From positions 74,993,051 to 75,053,081 of the forward strand of contig NC_068984.1 in assembly GCF_001194135.2 (NCBI RefSeq): a DNA stretch of 60,031 nt. The letters run 5' to 3'. Numbering within the stretch: the stretch's first letter is position 1; each line of letters starts with the position of its first letter. Below, one piece after another: positions 11,941-25,256 of the stretch. The notes beneath the pieces are model-generated. The model was not told the DNA's origin. It saw only the letters and a list, made by a program, of their open reading frames with translations, and did no database searches. This stretch comes from Octopus bimaculoides (Eukaryota). A program made the position numbers and the translations under genes.

Positions 11941-13679
11941 CTACAAGAAATCTGGTATGGTTAGACCTTGCCAGATTTAAAGATCTCAAGATATGTTTGT
12001 TAATGGCATCTCTATAACTCTTACCAAAGGTTAAAAACCCAAGTCAAAGCAAAGTAACTCAATCATTTTGATTAACCAGTTGCTGCCACCCATCATCACC
12101 TTCACCATCATCATCTTCATTATCATCATCTGCTTTGCCATACTGGCATGCATTGGATGAGACATTTTGTGACAGTTGTTTTATGGTCAGGTTCTCGTCC
12201 TGATACTTAGCCTTTCCATCACATCTTACAAAAGGTAGGAATGCTGGTGTACCTACACTAAAACTCAGGGATTTCCATTACTAGACGGGAAGGAAGCAAA
12301 GTAAACAGGCAGATTAATTAGAACGAAAAGCTAATTAATTAACCAAACAAAACCACACCAAATCAAACATTCACCCATCCACCCCCACCATATACTCTCA
12401 CTCCCACTCTCTGTTGGTTGAATTCTGTAGGAATTTCTATGAAAGACAATGGACAGCATTATACAGAAAAATACATATTAGATGATATATAATTTAGTGA
12501 AATTCCTTGATTCAATTAACACCATAGCAACCTCACCCCTTTCACATTGTTTTTGGTCTTTCTGTCTTGCTTGTTTGGTTTCTTTTTTTATTTCTCTTGA
12601 TAACATACAGGTTTAAGTGCAACATTTAGCAGTTGGTCGCCTTGTCAAATGTAACTACATTGAATTTATGATATACTTGGCTTAACTTAATGTACAAAGG
12701 AGGCATTAAGTAGTCATTCGGTTTCTTGATTTACATTCTTTTTTTTTCCTTTCTTTCTTTCTTTCTTTCTTTGATAACTAGTGATATTGTGTAAACCTCA
12801 GATCAGGCCTGATTAAGTAGACTTATGACCAAATACATTCCAGGCATGACCATTCTGTTCGGTCTGTAATGCATATTTAGGACTACAATGCCCGAGAAGG
12901 CAGCATATTGTCAGCCATTAGGACATGCCAGATTGAATGTTTTGTGATATTCATTCCAGCTCTCTGTGCACTGAGTTCAAATCTCACCCAAGTCAACCTT
13001 GCCTTTTATCCAATAATGACCAATTCTTCACCCCTCTCTCTCCTTCTCTCTTTACTAATTCCCTTCTTGACCACCTGAGTAAATGTACATGCTTTAGATT
13101 ATTGAATACACTCTACACTTAACACTCATGCACCCCTCACCTATTTCTGGATATGCTGCTGTTATCACCCTATTTTGTATTGCCACCTCGGACTTGATCC
13201 ACATGTGTTAGGCTATCGAGTACTTTCTACATTACTTGCGTATAAGACATCTTCGTCCAGCTTTATGCGCTGATATCAAGACAGAAACCTGCCAAATCAT
13301 GCCACCTCTAAAGAAAAGGGAGAGCACAGTGACTTCTCTGGTGCAAGTGCGACAGAAAATGTACTCCACTCAGTGCACAGACAAGAGGTTGGCATGTGAG
13401 CAGAGAAAGTGTAGGAATATGAGATCCCAACAGCCCTGTCTCACTGAGGACTATTCAACTTGTGTATTGTAGGAGCTACAATAAAACGCATCCAGTATAC
13501 GGTGTGAAGTGGTTGATGATAGGAAAGACATCTAGCCAAAGAAATCAGGCCAAAATACAGAAGTAGTGAGTCCCAATAACTGATGTGTGTGAAGTGGAGG
13601 TACAGGGGGAAGTGATGGAGAGGAGGTAAAAGAAGGAGTAAGGTAAGGAAGGAAGAAGAAAAAAGTAGCAGATAAATAG

Positions 13680-14028
13680 TTTAGATAGATAGATTGATTC
13701 AGTAAAGACAGACAGACAGATTCAGTAAAGACAGACAGACAGATTCAGTAAAGATAGATAGATAGATAGATAGATAAGATAGATTAGATAGATAAGATAG
13801 ACAAGACAGATGGATTAGATAGATAGATTCGATAGACAGATTGGAAGGATAAATTCGACAGATAGATTAGACAGACAGACAGACAGATAGATTAGACAGA
13901 CAGACAGATTAAACAGGCAGGCAGGCAGGCAGCCAGACAGACAGAAAGACAGATAGATAGATAGATAGAGAGATAGATAGATAGATAGATAGATATACAT
14001 ACATACATACATACATACATACATACAT
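13680..14028. repeat. Compound GATA/GACA/GGCA/CATA tetranucleotide array
   Basis: Directly visible, with several slippage-duplicated subunits. Confidence 0.92.
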
Positions 14029-14029
14029 A

Positions 14030-14335
14030 CACAATGGGGTTTGAACAGTTCTTGCCTAACAAAGTCACTTGCAAGGCATTGGTTGACCAGTGGGATAAAG
14101 CAGAAGACACTTGCCCAAGGTGCCAGGCAGCAGGACTGGATCTTAAGTCATGTAGCTGTGAAGTGCACTTCTGTGCCTAAAAGCTATTCATATTATATTT
14201 GACATTAAGAAGCTCACTTTGCAACCACAAGGTTTCAGGTTCATATTCCATTGTCTGCCATGTTGGGTAAGTGTCTTCTATTTCTGCTATAGACCCAGGC
14301 TACCAATGCCTTGCGAGTGAATCTGGTAAACAGAG
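14030..14335. mobile_element. Two CORE-like SINE fragments in head-to-head orientation
   Basis: 14030-14175 reads as the rc of the family (gaagacacttgcccaaggtgcca). 14205-14335 reads in sense (gggtaagtgtcttctatttctgctatag). Confidence 0.7.
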
Positions 14336-14336
14336 A

Positions 14337-14371
<35 letters not shown>

Positions 14372-14619
14372 CCTGTGTGTGTATCTGTTAACCCCTCCAC
14401 ATCACTTGACGCGAGTTGGTTTGTTTTCATCAACACAACTTAGTGGTTCAGCAAAAGAGACTGATAATTCGAGTACCAGATTTCTTTTACTTCAAATAAG
14501 AATTGGGGCCAGTTTGTTCTTCTAAACTCTTAAAGGTGATACTCAGCATGGCAGCAGTCCAATGACTGAAACAAGTAAAAGATTTAGAAGGTAAAAGACA
14601 TTTACACACACACACACAC

Positions 14620-14658
<39 letters not shown>

Positions 14659-15169
14659 AATATAACATAACACACACCAACATATATATAGTATGTGAGA
14701 TAAAACTACAAATCTACTACATTATATATACCAATGCCAACAAGCAAAGGATATCAAATTAGTTAAAACAAACATTATAATTTAGGGTCCTGTCTGCAAT
14801 TTGTGATATAACCCTAGTTAAAATTGTTTATACAAAACATCCCATGTGACCTTTCAAAAACACGGTCACAAACACGTGTATGCACACAAACACAGACAAC
14901 ATGTCCCCTGCCACAGTCTACCATATAATGTGGGGAGGTACAGAGAGAGAGAAAGAGAGAGAGAGATGTTGGGTATATTAATGGAATTTGAATAATTTTA
15001 CATCTCTTAAAGATTAAATATAAGACGCAGTCGCTGTAATATTAATTAATAGATGAAATTACAGTACTGCTTCTTGGCAGACCATTCATAATGCGGTTGT
15101 GTTTGTACATTTCAGTGTGTAGAATAATATATGCACACACACACATGTACACATAAATACACATCATTT

Positions 15170-15221
<52 letters not shown>

Positions 15222-16582
15222 AAATGGAAAAAGCAAAACATTTGGCATCACATTATATATATATATGTATATACACACATACATAAATATATGTATGTGT
15301 TTGTGTGAGTAAATGAAATATAAATGAAATGTGTCTGTGTGCGCAAGCATGTGTGTGTGTCAGTGTGTGTATGTGTGTGTGTGTGTGAGTGTACGCGTAT
15401 GCAAGAACATGTATAAAATATACCACCCAAACAACAAAAGCATACACACTTGTATTTCTGAATAATTATGAGTACATATATATGTATGCATGTCTGAGCG
15501 TACAGTTTCAGTGTGTGTGTGTGTGTGAATTATAAGTGGGATGTAGCATTTCTGTATATTTATAAGCTAAGTGTAGATGAGTGAATGAAATGTATCTCTG
15601 CCTTGATCTGCAATGCAACCGTGTGAGTGTGAATGAAATACTTAGGATGTATGTCTACACATGTGTGCATATATGTATATATATATATGTGTAGGAGGGT
15701 AAGGTTGCTAGAAAAATAATGTTTAAGCAGAAGAGATTATTTGAAAAGTCAAAGTGGTGAAATTGTTTGAAAGAGATAGGCAGGATGTTGAACAACATTT
15801 TCAAAAGAAAGTGAATTAATTTATGAGTATATGAGTATATGCATATATGTGTATGTGTAGGCATGTATGTATGTGTGTGTGTGTATATAAATATGTAATA
15901 TATATATATATCATATATCCATGCATGTATGCTGCATTTGCCAGTGTGCATATTGCAACAAATACACACAAAGAACATACATATATACATATAAATACAT
16001 ATACATACACACATATATACATACATATACATACATACATTCACACACACACACACTCACATATGTATATACATCCATACATCCACACCTGTCAGCTTTG
16101 TAATATATGGCTTAGCAGATTTTGTCTGAAATGCAAATGCATTGTTAGGTTGTTAAAAAGCCACTTGATTGAATTCCGGGCACAAAATGTACATCTCTGA
16201 ATATATTTGCATAAATAAATACTTTGCCTGCTTTTAAAAGAACATAGCTACATAGAGAACTTCAAACAGCTAATTGGTCAAGTAAAAACACAAGCTTATT
16301 AATTTTCTCATTCATCTGTAAACTCTGCTAATGTAGTCACAATGGTATTCTGTTCCTCCTGACCGCCAAACCACTTAACTCTACTTACTTTTAATTTGCT
16401 TGACAAAAATAAAAGCAGGTTTTACTCCTACAGTACTATTAAGTCCTGTTGTTGTTGTTGTTGTTAATGTTGTTTGTTACTGTCATTTAGAGCCGAGTTA
16501 TCGCTTGGTTTAAAACAGGCCTGAACTGAGCACTAAACAACAAAGTTAGTCTAGCTGTGACAGACCATTCAGTGATCTTGTC

Positions 16583-16799
16583 CGAGGGGGTGCGGAAAAG
16601 TTCCTGGCTTTGGGTAAAAGAAAATACAGGAGGATAAGCTATTTATGGTTTTATCCAACATATTCTCCTCTCAGATTCACACACTTACTGCAGTGGTCCT
16701 TCAGTTTTTCCAAGCCCTGTAAAAGAATTTGGAAGTTTGGGCCTCCAAGCAAGCCTTTCACAATACCCTTAAAGTCAGGAATTTTTCAGCACCCCCTCG
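16583..16799. mobile_element. Mariner-type MITE (~217 bp)
   Basis: TIRs CGAGGGGGTGCGGAAAAGTTCCTGGCTT / AAGTCAGGAATTTTTCAGCACCCCCTCG; no coding capacity; flanking TA dinucleotides are mutated. Confidence 0.8.
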
Positions 16800-17067
16800 C
16801 ATATTTAGGAAGTGCATCATCATCACCATTATCATCATTATTGTTTTAATGTCTACTTTTCATGCTTGCTCAGAGTTTACTGAGGTAGAATTTCTACAAC
16901 TGGATGCCCTTCTTGCCACCAACACTCACCTGATTCTAAGAAAAGTAATATTTCTCCATGACCAGACATGTTTTTGTAAACTATTGAAAATGAATGCTAT
17001 GTGATGTTAAGACAAGGAGACACATATATACACTTATACAAACAAACATATGTGTCTATATGTGTGT

Positions 17068-17378
17068 GCATGGCTCAGTGGCTCACAATCACGAGGTAGT
17101 GAATTCAATTTCTGGCTAGGCTATGTGTTGTGTTCTTGAGCAAGACACTTTAATTCATGAGGCTCCTGTTCTCTCAGTTGTAGAAATGAGTTCCAGTATC
17201 ACTGGTGCCAAATTGTATTGGGCTTTGCCTTTCCAGTGGCGTCAAGAGGGGAAGCTGGTATGCATGGGTCATGACTGGTCTTCCATAAACAACCTTGCCC
17301 AGACCTGTGCCTCGAAGGATAACTTTCTAGGCACAATCCCCACAGTCATTCATGACTGAAGGGGGTCTTTACCCTTTA
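17068..17378 (+). mobile_element. tRNA-derived SINE of a second family, related to 29383-29612
   Basis: Head gcatggctcagtgg...gtagtgaattcaatt; body gtgttgtgttcttgagcaagacacttta is shared with the rc of 29505-29540. Confidence 0.65.
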
Positions 17379-17612
17379 TATATGTGTGTGTGTGTGTGTG
17401 TGTGCATGCGTGTGTGTGTGTGTGTGTGTGTGCAATGGGCATCTTCAGTTCTCATCTACCAAATCTACTCACAAGGATTTGGTTGTCCTGGACTAAAGTA
17501 GAATATACTCAAAGTACCCCACAATGGAATTGAACCTAAAACCAAATGGTTGGGAAGCAAACCTCTTAATCACACAGTCATTTCTATGTATACATGTATA
17601 CATATATAAGTC

Positions 17613-17653
<41 letters not shown>

Positions 17654-17656
<3 letters not shown>

Positions 17657-17856
17657 TTTTATTTGTTTCAGTTGTTTGACTGTGGCCATGCTGGAACACC
17701 ACCATTAGTCAAACAAATCGATGCCACGACTTATTGTTTGTAAGCCTGGTATTCTATCAGTCGCTTTTCCCGAACTGCTAAGTTACAGAGATGCAAACAC
17801 ACCAACATCAATTGTCAAGTGATGTCTGGGGGACAAACACAGACATAAACACACAC

Positions 17857-17896
<40 letters not shown>

Positions 17897-18040
17897 CAAA
17901 TCTACCAGATCCACTCACAAGGCTTTGGTCAACCCAAGGCTATAGTAGAAGACACTTGCCCAAGGTGCCACACAGTGGAACTGAACCCAGAACCAAGTGA
18001 TTGCAAAGCAAGCTTCTTACCACACAGCCATGCCTGCACC
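17654..18040 (-). mobile_element. Near full-length CORE-like SINE with internal (CA)n tract
   Basis: Collinear with 35477-35848 from tail to tRNA-like head. Confidence 0.85.
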
Positions 18041-18057
18041 TATATTTATATATATAC

Positions 18058-18250
18058 ATATCATCATCATCATACGTTCACTTTCCATGCTGGCATGAGT
18101 TAGACGGTCTGACTGGAACTGGTAAGCAGGAGAGCTGCACCAGGTTCCAGTCTGATTTGGCATGGTTTCTACAGCTGGATGCCCATCCTAATGCCAACCA
18201 TTCCAAGAGTGTAATGGCTGCTTTTTACAAGCCACCAGCAACAGCCACAA
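18058..18250 (-). mobile_element. (GAT)n-tailed retroposon, 3' part
   Basis: (cat)n...ttccatgctggcatg...tttctacagctggatgccc(a/t)tcctaatgccaacca. Other copies lie at about 8120-8270, 23398-23590, 24983-25080, 32190-32330, 38005-38223(+) and 38420-38590. A related module occurs at 16835-17020 and 26320-26500. Confidence 0.8.
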
Positions 18251-20042
18251 CTATGATTTCACTTAACTTGACGAGTCTTCTCAAGCACCACATCTCACCA
18301 AAGGTCTCAGTCACTTGGCATTTGAAGATCATGCTTCACCACCTCATTCCTCACTTCTGTGAGGACCAACATTCGAAGATAACACTACCAACAATGGCCA
18401 CAACTGCAATTTCATGGATACTATTTACATGACACTGACAACAGTCATGACTACAATTTCACTTGACTTAACAAGTCTTCTCAAGCACAGTATATTGCCA
18501 AAGGTCTCGGTCACTTGTCATCGCCTTCATGGACTAAAATCATTATATAGCGCAGTTATATCAACTTTTGTATGTTGTGAAGTTAAGCATTATGAGTTGT
18601 AGTTCATGTTTTCTTAAAAACAAACATCCTGATTTCTTCAGTCAAGTTACCTCAAAACACGTTATCACTTTTTCAACATTAATGAAACAACCTTCAGAAA
18701 GCTATTCAAGATGAAAAACAAAATTGTTATCAGTCATTACAGACAGGAATAGTAGTGTATACAAGCTAAAGAAAATTTTCTATTATCTTCTGAAGAAAAA
18801 GAAAGGGGGAATATACATATATGATGATGATGATGATGATGATGATGATATATATATATATANNNNNNNNNNNNNNNNNNNNNNNNNNNNNNNNNNNNNN
18901 NNNNNNNNNNNNNNNNNNNNNNNNNNNNNNNNNNNNNNNNNNNNNNNNNNNNNNNNNNNNNNNNNNNNNNNNNNNNNNNNNNNNNNNNNNNNNNNNNNNN
19001 NNNNNNNNNNNNNNNNNNNNNNNNNNNNNNNNNNNNNNNNNNNNNNNNNNNNNNNNNNNNNNNNNNNNNNNNNNNNNNNNNNNNNNNNNNNNNNNNNNNN
19101 NNNNNNNNNNNNNNNNNNNNNNNNNNNNNNNNNNNNNNNNNNNNNNNNNNNNNNNNNNNNNNNNNNNNNNNNNNNNNNNNNNNNNNNNNNNNNNNNNNNN
19201 NNNNNNNNNNNNNNNNNNNNNNNNNNNNNNNNNNNNNNNNNNNNNNNNNNNNNNNNNNNNNNNNNNNNNNNNNNNNNNNNNNNNNNNNNNNNNNNNNNNN
19301 NNNNNNNNNNNNNNNNNNNNNNNNNNNNNNNNNNNNNNNNNNNNNNNNNNNNNTATATATATGTATATATATTGGCCATGTAACAGCACACATGCTTTTC
19401 TTCAGACTGTCTGCACCTTCCTCCTTTAGTTTTTCACTGAATTTCTTTCCCCCCACCCGTATCTGATGAAGAACCATGCTAGCAATGTCATTTCTACTCC
19501 TATTTTTCCATCTAGGACTTTCACTGAACATTAATCTAACATATTCACTGTGTAAATCCAATTGATTTCTGTTGTTTTTTGCCCCCTTTTTTTTTTTTTT
19601 TTTNNNNNNNNNNTTTTTTTTTTTTTTGTTATTCCTTTTTGTTCCTAGATTTGCCTATAGATATATATATGTATGTGTGGGGAAAAGAGAATCTGATGGT
19701 AGAATCAGTAAAGCGTCAGATGAAATATCAAATAGTATTTGATTATTTCCTTTTATTTTATATTCTGTGCTCAAATCCGGTCCAGATTGATTTTGCTTTT
19801 CATCATTGTAAGGTCTATACAATTATAAAACAAAAATAAAGCATCAATCTGTAAGTTTTGGGCTTGGTACAATCAACTAACATCCTTAATGAGGGGGCCC
19901 CATTATGGCCACAATCCAATGATTCAAATCAGTGAACAAATAAAAGAATTCCACACACCATTTTTTTCACTGAGACTAGCATGAAAAAATATAAATGGTG
20001 AACAGTTAAAACCCATATATTTTTCAATTAGTTGTTTGTCAT

Positions 20043-20131
20043 TGTATCCTAACTTAAGCTCTGATAATGTTATCGAATCTTAACTTAAGCTCTGATGATG
20101 TTATTGTATCCTAACTTAAGCTCTGATAATG
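20043..20131. repeat. 31-bp minisatellite, about 3 copies
   Basis: Unit tgtatcctaacttaagctctgataatgttat starts at 20043, 20074 and 20105. Confidence 0.88.
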
Positions 20132-20377
20132 AGTTATATCAGATTACTGAATTTTCAGTGAATAGCTTCATTACTTGAATGTAAAACTGAATTCATCCAC
20201 AGCTTCCAAACAACCATCAAGAAAAAGAAGAGGAGAAAGTCAATGGGAATACAGATGCATTCTCATTGGTTTCTAAGTTTCAGGGATCAATACTTTTGGA
20301 TCACAAGCCAGCAAGGAAGCCTCTATGTGATTGTTTAACTTGCTAGAAATAGCAACCATATTAGTTTTTCATTTCCT

Positions 20378-20607
20378 TTAACCCTTTTGTATTCAGGATT
20401 ACTCTGTCAATTGTAATACTTATCTATTCTCATTATTTTGAATTAATCATGTATTATCTTATAGCCTCAAGATTTTGATGAAGTTATTGTTTAATTTTAG
20501 AATGACATTGTAGGATAGGTGTGAAAGGCCAAATCTGGCTATTTTGAACATAAGACAAATAGAGTATTTGGGCCAGATATGATCAGTTTAACAGCTAAGT
20601 GGGTAGT
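20378..20607. mobile_element. TTAA-flanked piggyBac-type MITE, decayed copy
   Basis: Starts ttaa|ccctttt; body collinear with 24928-25256, 31072-31299 and the rc of 37405-37634. Confidence 0.75.
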
Positions 20608-21324
20608 TCACACTATATTGTCTTTAAAGAAAAAAATTGAAAAAGATGAGACGATGCCTTGTTCAGAGTTATAACAACAACAACAGTATCAGCAGTTATA
20701 GCAGCAATATTCAGATCATATATAAACAAGTAAGGCTTTCATAAGGTTTTTAATGGAAGCACAGTTTCAACAGTTCCAGTGGGTCAAACTTAAGTATATA
20801 ATTGCTTCAGTAAAAGGCAAACTTATGTACTGGTTGATTTGCAAATATTGCTAATTTAGCTATAATGTTACTCTCTTGGTCTTTCTGTCTGGGTGGTTGT
20901 TGGGAGTACAGAAATGAACTTCAAGGAGAATATGGTCTTTCGGAAGTCATAGTAGTGAAAAAGCTTGTTAGCTAGACAAGCAAGCAGGCAGACAGGCAGG
21001 CAGGCAACAGAAAGAGCGAGTGGTTGTATACTGAACAAAATATTTTGAAGAGAAAATTAATATATATATATATATATATATATGCATGTGTATGTGCATT
21101 CTGCAACAAATACCCCTGACTAAAGCACTTAGAAGTATGACTTTCCAATTGTCTTGCATTCCACTAGGATGAAAACTCAAAACAATCAGTGCAACTGTTA
21201 TTGTTAGTTGACCTACGTCAGTCCAAATCTTTACAATCAAAGATGTTCCATCACAACAGTCCTCTCTCTCTTGCTCAGTTACAACCTATCTAGAACTCCA
21301 TTTCTCAGTATGTGTTTCTTTGTT

Positions 21325-21446
21325 TGAAACATAAATTAACATGAAAGTTTAATGGAAAGTTTTAAATTTAAATTGCTTTAAAGCAGAAACATTGTATAAT
21401 AGAAAAAGAGGGTGGTCTTAGGGCAGGGTGGTATCAAAAGGGTTAA
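21325..21446. mobile_element. One end of a second TTAA/CCC-type MITE family
   Basis: Ends gggtggtatcaaaaggg|ttaa; the body is unlike the first family; the other end was not found. Confidence 0.4.
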
Positions 21447-22508
21447 GGATTTCCTTCAAAGGGAATGTGTTTGTAATGCATTCTTGAAATCATTATTTCT
21501 TTGTGTTTTTTCTTAGTATTACACTCATTCTATAGGCTTACCAGCAATTTTTCCCTTTAAACTGACAAAAGTAAATACATTTAAGCATTTTACTAACAAA
21601 TTGTGATTTTTAAAAACTGGGAAAGTGACATGGTGAGCGTTCCCTTACAAGCATCCTAGAATTGCTATAACTGATTCTGGAAAAAAAGAAAAAAAGGAAG
21701 GAAGGAAGGAAAGAAGGAAGGAAAGAAGGAAACGGGGGGGGGGATTAAATGGTCTTTTAATGACTCCAGAAGAAGGAAAGGCAAAGTGTTCCTTTACAGG
21801 ATTAGAACTAATTACAGTAAGGCTTTGGAGGTCTAATGACTGACAGTCTACCAGATACAGCAAAGTGATTTTATTGCATCCTCTCATTTCCAATAATTCT
21901 AACAGGTTCTTAAAGCTGAGAGATAAACAAACAAGAGGCAAATTTTTCTCAAGGCAATACATCAGCTTCACAGATGTAACCATTTCTCAACCCATTGAAA
22001 GAGAATTTATATATGATAAGCTCTACCTGCTAGAAATATTAACAACAATTCCTTCAAATAACATCCTACCAACTTGAAAGCAAGAAATAACCTATTAGAT
22101 AAGTTACTAGTAGATAACCTTAAAAAGACAGATAGGTGATGAACAGTAACAAATACTAGATACCCCTCAAAAGACAGGTAGATGACGAGCAATAACATCA
22201 TAACTTTGCAAGAGGAACTAATAGATATTACTAACACCCAAGTTGGTGTCTAAACACAGATGAAGCGGTCTTATTGGTCATTTCATTTTTAATATTCTCT
22301 AATGACTGCTTATTATTATGGTGGTCAGACCCTATGAAGGGAACAGCTATGTGATCACTCAACATATTAGAAATGGTTAAACTTTGCTCAATTCACATAT
22401 TGTCTCAAACAAAGGAAAGATATATTGGAATGTCTTTAATAATGGGCTTGGTTGATCAAAATCTGATTTTCAGTCAAACACTAAATTCCTCATTACCGTT
22501 CTGCACTA

Positions 22509-22543
<35 letters not shown>

Positions 22544-22577
22544 TAAGTTTTATTATTCACACTGAAAATATACATAC

Positions 22578-23199
22578 CTGTTTAAAAATTTGAAAGAAAG
22601 CCTTTGGTGATATTTTCTGATGAACAAACACTTCGTAGATGATGCAGACACCTAGAACAGTAATCCCATGTTCTTTGGTCAACATGCTCAGTGTAGCTAA
22701 AACAGCAGACAAGAACAGATACAAAAGCCTCTTGCTGTGACGTGGGGTTGTTTCAGGGTTGCTAAATTCTTTAGGGTTTCCATCACAGTAGCCATCCCTG
22801 TAGTAAATATATTGACGGTAGCTAAGAAAGCTGAGTATGAAAAACAGACATGCCCCAACATCTGCTCGTCCTACAATGCCAGCAACAGCTTCAGTGTGAA
22901 CTGGGTGTGTAGCAAACAAGATTCCTGCAATGAGTGTTGGTAGAGTTCGGTGGAGGAAAACACTCGACATATGAGTGAAGCAAACTGTGACTAACGAGTG
23001 AAGTAAAACATTGGTAAAATGGTAGCTCCAAGGGTTCAGTTTACTGAAGAAATGATTCAGGCGGAACGAGAGCACACATATTGGTCTGTATGACTTATGC
23101 GAACCACTGTTGACCAATGGTGTCCCCCAGAAATCATCATAGAAAATGTTCTGGATTGGTGTCTCAGGAAGGAGGTCTGGGTTCTTCTGAACAGCTCGA
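22578..23199 (-). CDS. TMTC2: TMTC2-like protein O-mannosyltransferase, internal coding exon (probable exon 2; N-terminal GT-C transmembrane region)
   Basis: Translation (S)RAVQKNPDLLPETPIQNIFYDDFWGTPLVNSGSHKSYRPICVLSFRLNH...HPVHTEAVAGIVGRADVGACLFF...KEHGITVLGV closely matches TMTC2 as recalled. Acceptor ttgtttcacag|T (AG at 23201-23200, phase 2); donor CAG|gtatgt (GT at 22577-22576, phase 0). Confidence 0.95.
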
Positions 23200-23673
23200 C
23201 TGTGAAACAAAAAAAAACAAAGCAGAAATTAGAAAATACTGTATTTACATGTTTGATGCTAGAAATTTAATGCAAATGTCAAGGTCAAAATTGTTGGGCA
23301 ACTTGATAATCAAGTGTAAAACAAAAGCAAGAGAATATAATACATTACTGATTTTTAGGTACAAAAGAATGGATGTCACATTATATATCGTACTCAAGTC
23401 ATCATCATCATCATTTAACATCCATTTTCCATGCTAGCTTGGACTGGACGGTTCGACTGAAAACTGGTAAGGTGGGGAGCTACATCAGGTTCCAATCTGA
23501 TTTTGCATGGTCTCTACAGCTGGATGCCCTTCCTAATGCCAACCACTCCAAGTGTGTAATGGGTGCTTTTTACATGCCACTGGCATGGGTGCCACTTATG
23601 AAACATCAACATGAGCCATGGCTACAATCTCACCTGGCTCAATCCACAGTAATTAATATCTAGAGGTTGTATA

Positions 23674-23890
23674 AGGCAGTGAGCTGGCAGAATCATTAGC
23701 ATACTGGGTGAAATGTTTAGCAGCATTTCATCCGTCTTCACCTTTGGAGTTTGAATTATGCCAGGGAGGACTTTGCCTGTTCTCCTTTTGAGCTCAATAA
23801 AATAAGTACCAGTTGAACACTGGGGATTCATTTAATCAACTTAGCCCCCCTCCCCCAAACCTGCTGGCCTTGTACCAAAATTTGAAACCA
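23674..23890 (+). mobile_element. SINE of a third family (Meta-like central domain), decayed
   Basis: aggcagtgagctggcagaatcattagc...gactttgcctgttctcctttt...aaataagtaccag, homologous to 56523-56745. Other copies lie near 1735-1835(-), 12905-13010, 33445-33600 and 53725-53840. Confidence 0.7.
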
Positions 23891-24927
23891 ATATTTAGGA
23901 GTTGTAGAGAAGTCAACTGGCAGAATCATTACAGCATTGGACAAGTTGCCATACAGTATTTAGTTACAGCTCTATATACAGGTTGCGGCAGAAAAGCTGT
24001 CCCAGTTTCAAAGGTTAATAAAAAACAAACACATGAAGATGCATGAAAAAACTTTGTATTTCTATGAAATTCATTAAATGCTATTTTTTTTTTTTTTTTT
24101 TTTTCTTTGTTTCAGGTAGTACCCACCGTGGCCTGGAGAGGAGAGCATTGTTTTTTCTTGTTCTTTCATGTGTCTGATTTTTTATTAACCTTTGAAATCA
24201 GGGCAACCTTTCTGCAGCACCTTGTACTTTGAGTTCAAATCCACTGTCAGTTTTCTTTCCATCCTTCCAAGATCAATAAAATGAAGTGAAAATCAAGAAC
24301 TGGGATTAATATAGTTAACTATATTTCTCCACTAAAAATGAGGTCTTGTGTCTACATAGGAAATCAATATTTGGAAGTTCTAATTTTCTAATTGCTTGGC
24401 AAGAATCAGTAACCAGGTCACAAAAGTGCACTGAAACATTTTGATACTTTATAGTATACAAAAAAAAAAAAAAATTAAAAAAAACATGAATGTGACAGTT
24501 TTTATGCATTTATAAATGTTTAAAAATGACACTTTTACAATGAAGTCAATTTTTAGTTGGACTCTTTTATTACCATATTTCAAACAAAAATACAAGAAGA
24601 CAGTAAACCTTTTTTGTGTTTTGATTTCAAAATAATCGAGAATTATGATCTAGCAGAATAACTGTAGTACTTTTGCATATGATGGAAGGGAAACAAAAAC
24701 TAATAGTGACTGCTAATTGCCAAAGCATCTGGAGTCATAGCCCAATGATTGGCAGCATCAATCAGAGGAGATAATGATGATGATGGAGGTAGTGGTAGTA
24801 ATGGTGGCAGTGATAATGATGATGATGATGTTTCCTGTAATTATGATATTTGAATCCAAGATATGAATTCATATTTCCACATTTTAATAGGTATATTGGT
24901 GTTGAAAGGATTAAAATGAAATACCAG

Positions 24928-25256
24928 TCAACTCTTTAGCATTCAGATTACTCTGTCAAATGTAATGCTTACTAATTCACATCATCATCAGCGTTTAACA
25001 TCCGCTTTCCATGCTAGCATGGGTTGGATGATTTGACTGAGGACTGGTGAAACCAGATGGCGACACCAGGCTCCAATCTGATTCACATTGTTTAGAATTA
25101 ATCAGGCATTATCTTATGGCTTCAAGATTTCAATGATGTGATTGATAATTTTTAGAAAGACATAGTAGGGTAGGTGTGAGGAGTTGAATCAGGCCAGTTT
25201 GAACATAAAACAGGTATGTGGGCCAGACATGGTCAGTTTAAATGCTCAAGGGTTAA
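24928..25256. mobile_element. piggyBac-type MITE carrying a nested 98-bp retroposon fragment
   Basis: Ends aatgctcaaggg|ttaa. Insert 24983-25080 is flanked by the direct repeat ATTCACAT (24975-24982, 25081-25088). Confidence 0.85.

Noticed and set aside
19380-19561. Coding-like stretch (GGKKFSEKLKEEGADSLKK)
   Set aside because: No recognisable domain or splice sites; it may be an old TE fragment.
21865-22250. Degenerate LINE ORF1/gag-like sequence
   Set aside because: It is A-rich and coding-like, but no motif could be identified with confidence.
24086-24160. Plus-strand exon after a long T-tract and CAG
   Set aside because: There is no convincing donor or reading frame, and a poly(T) tract followed by CAG is expected by chance or from a retroposed tail.
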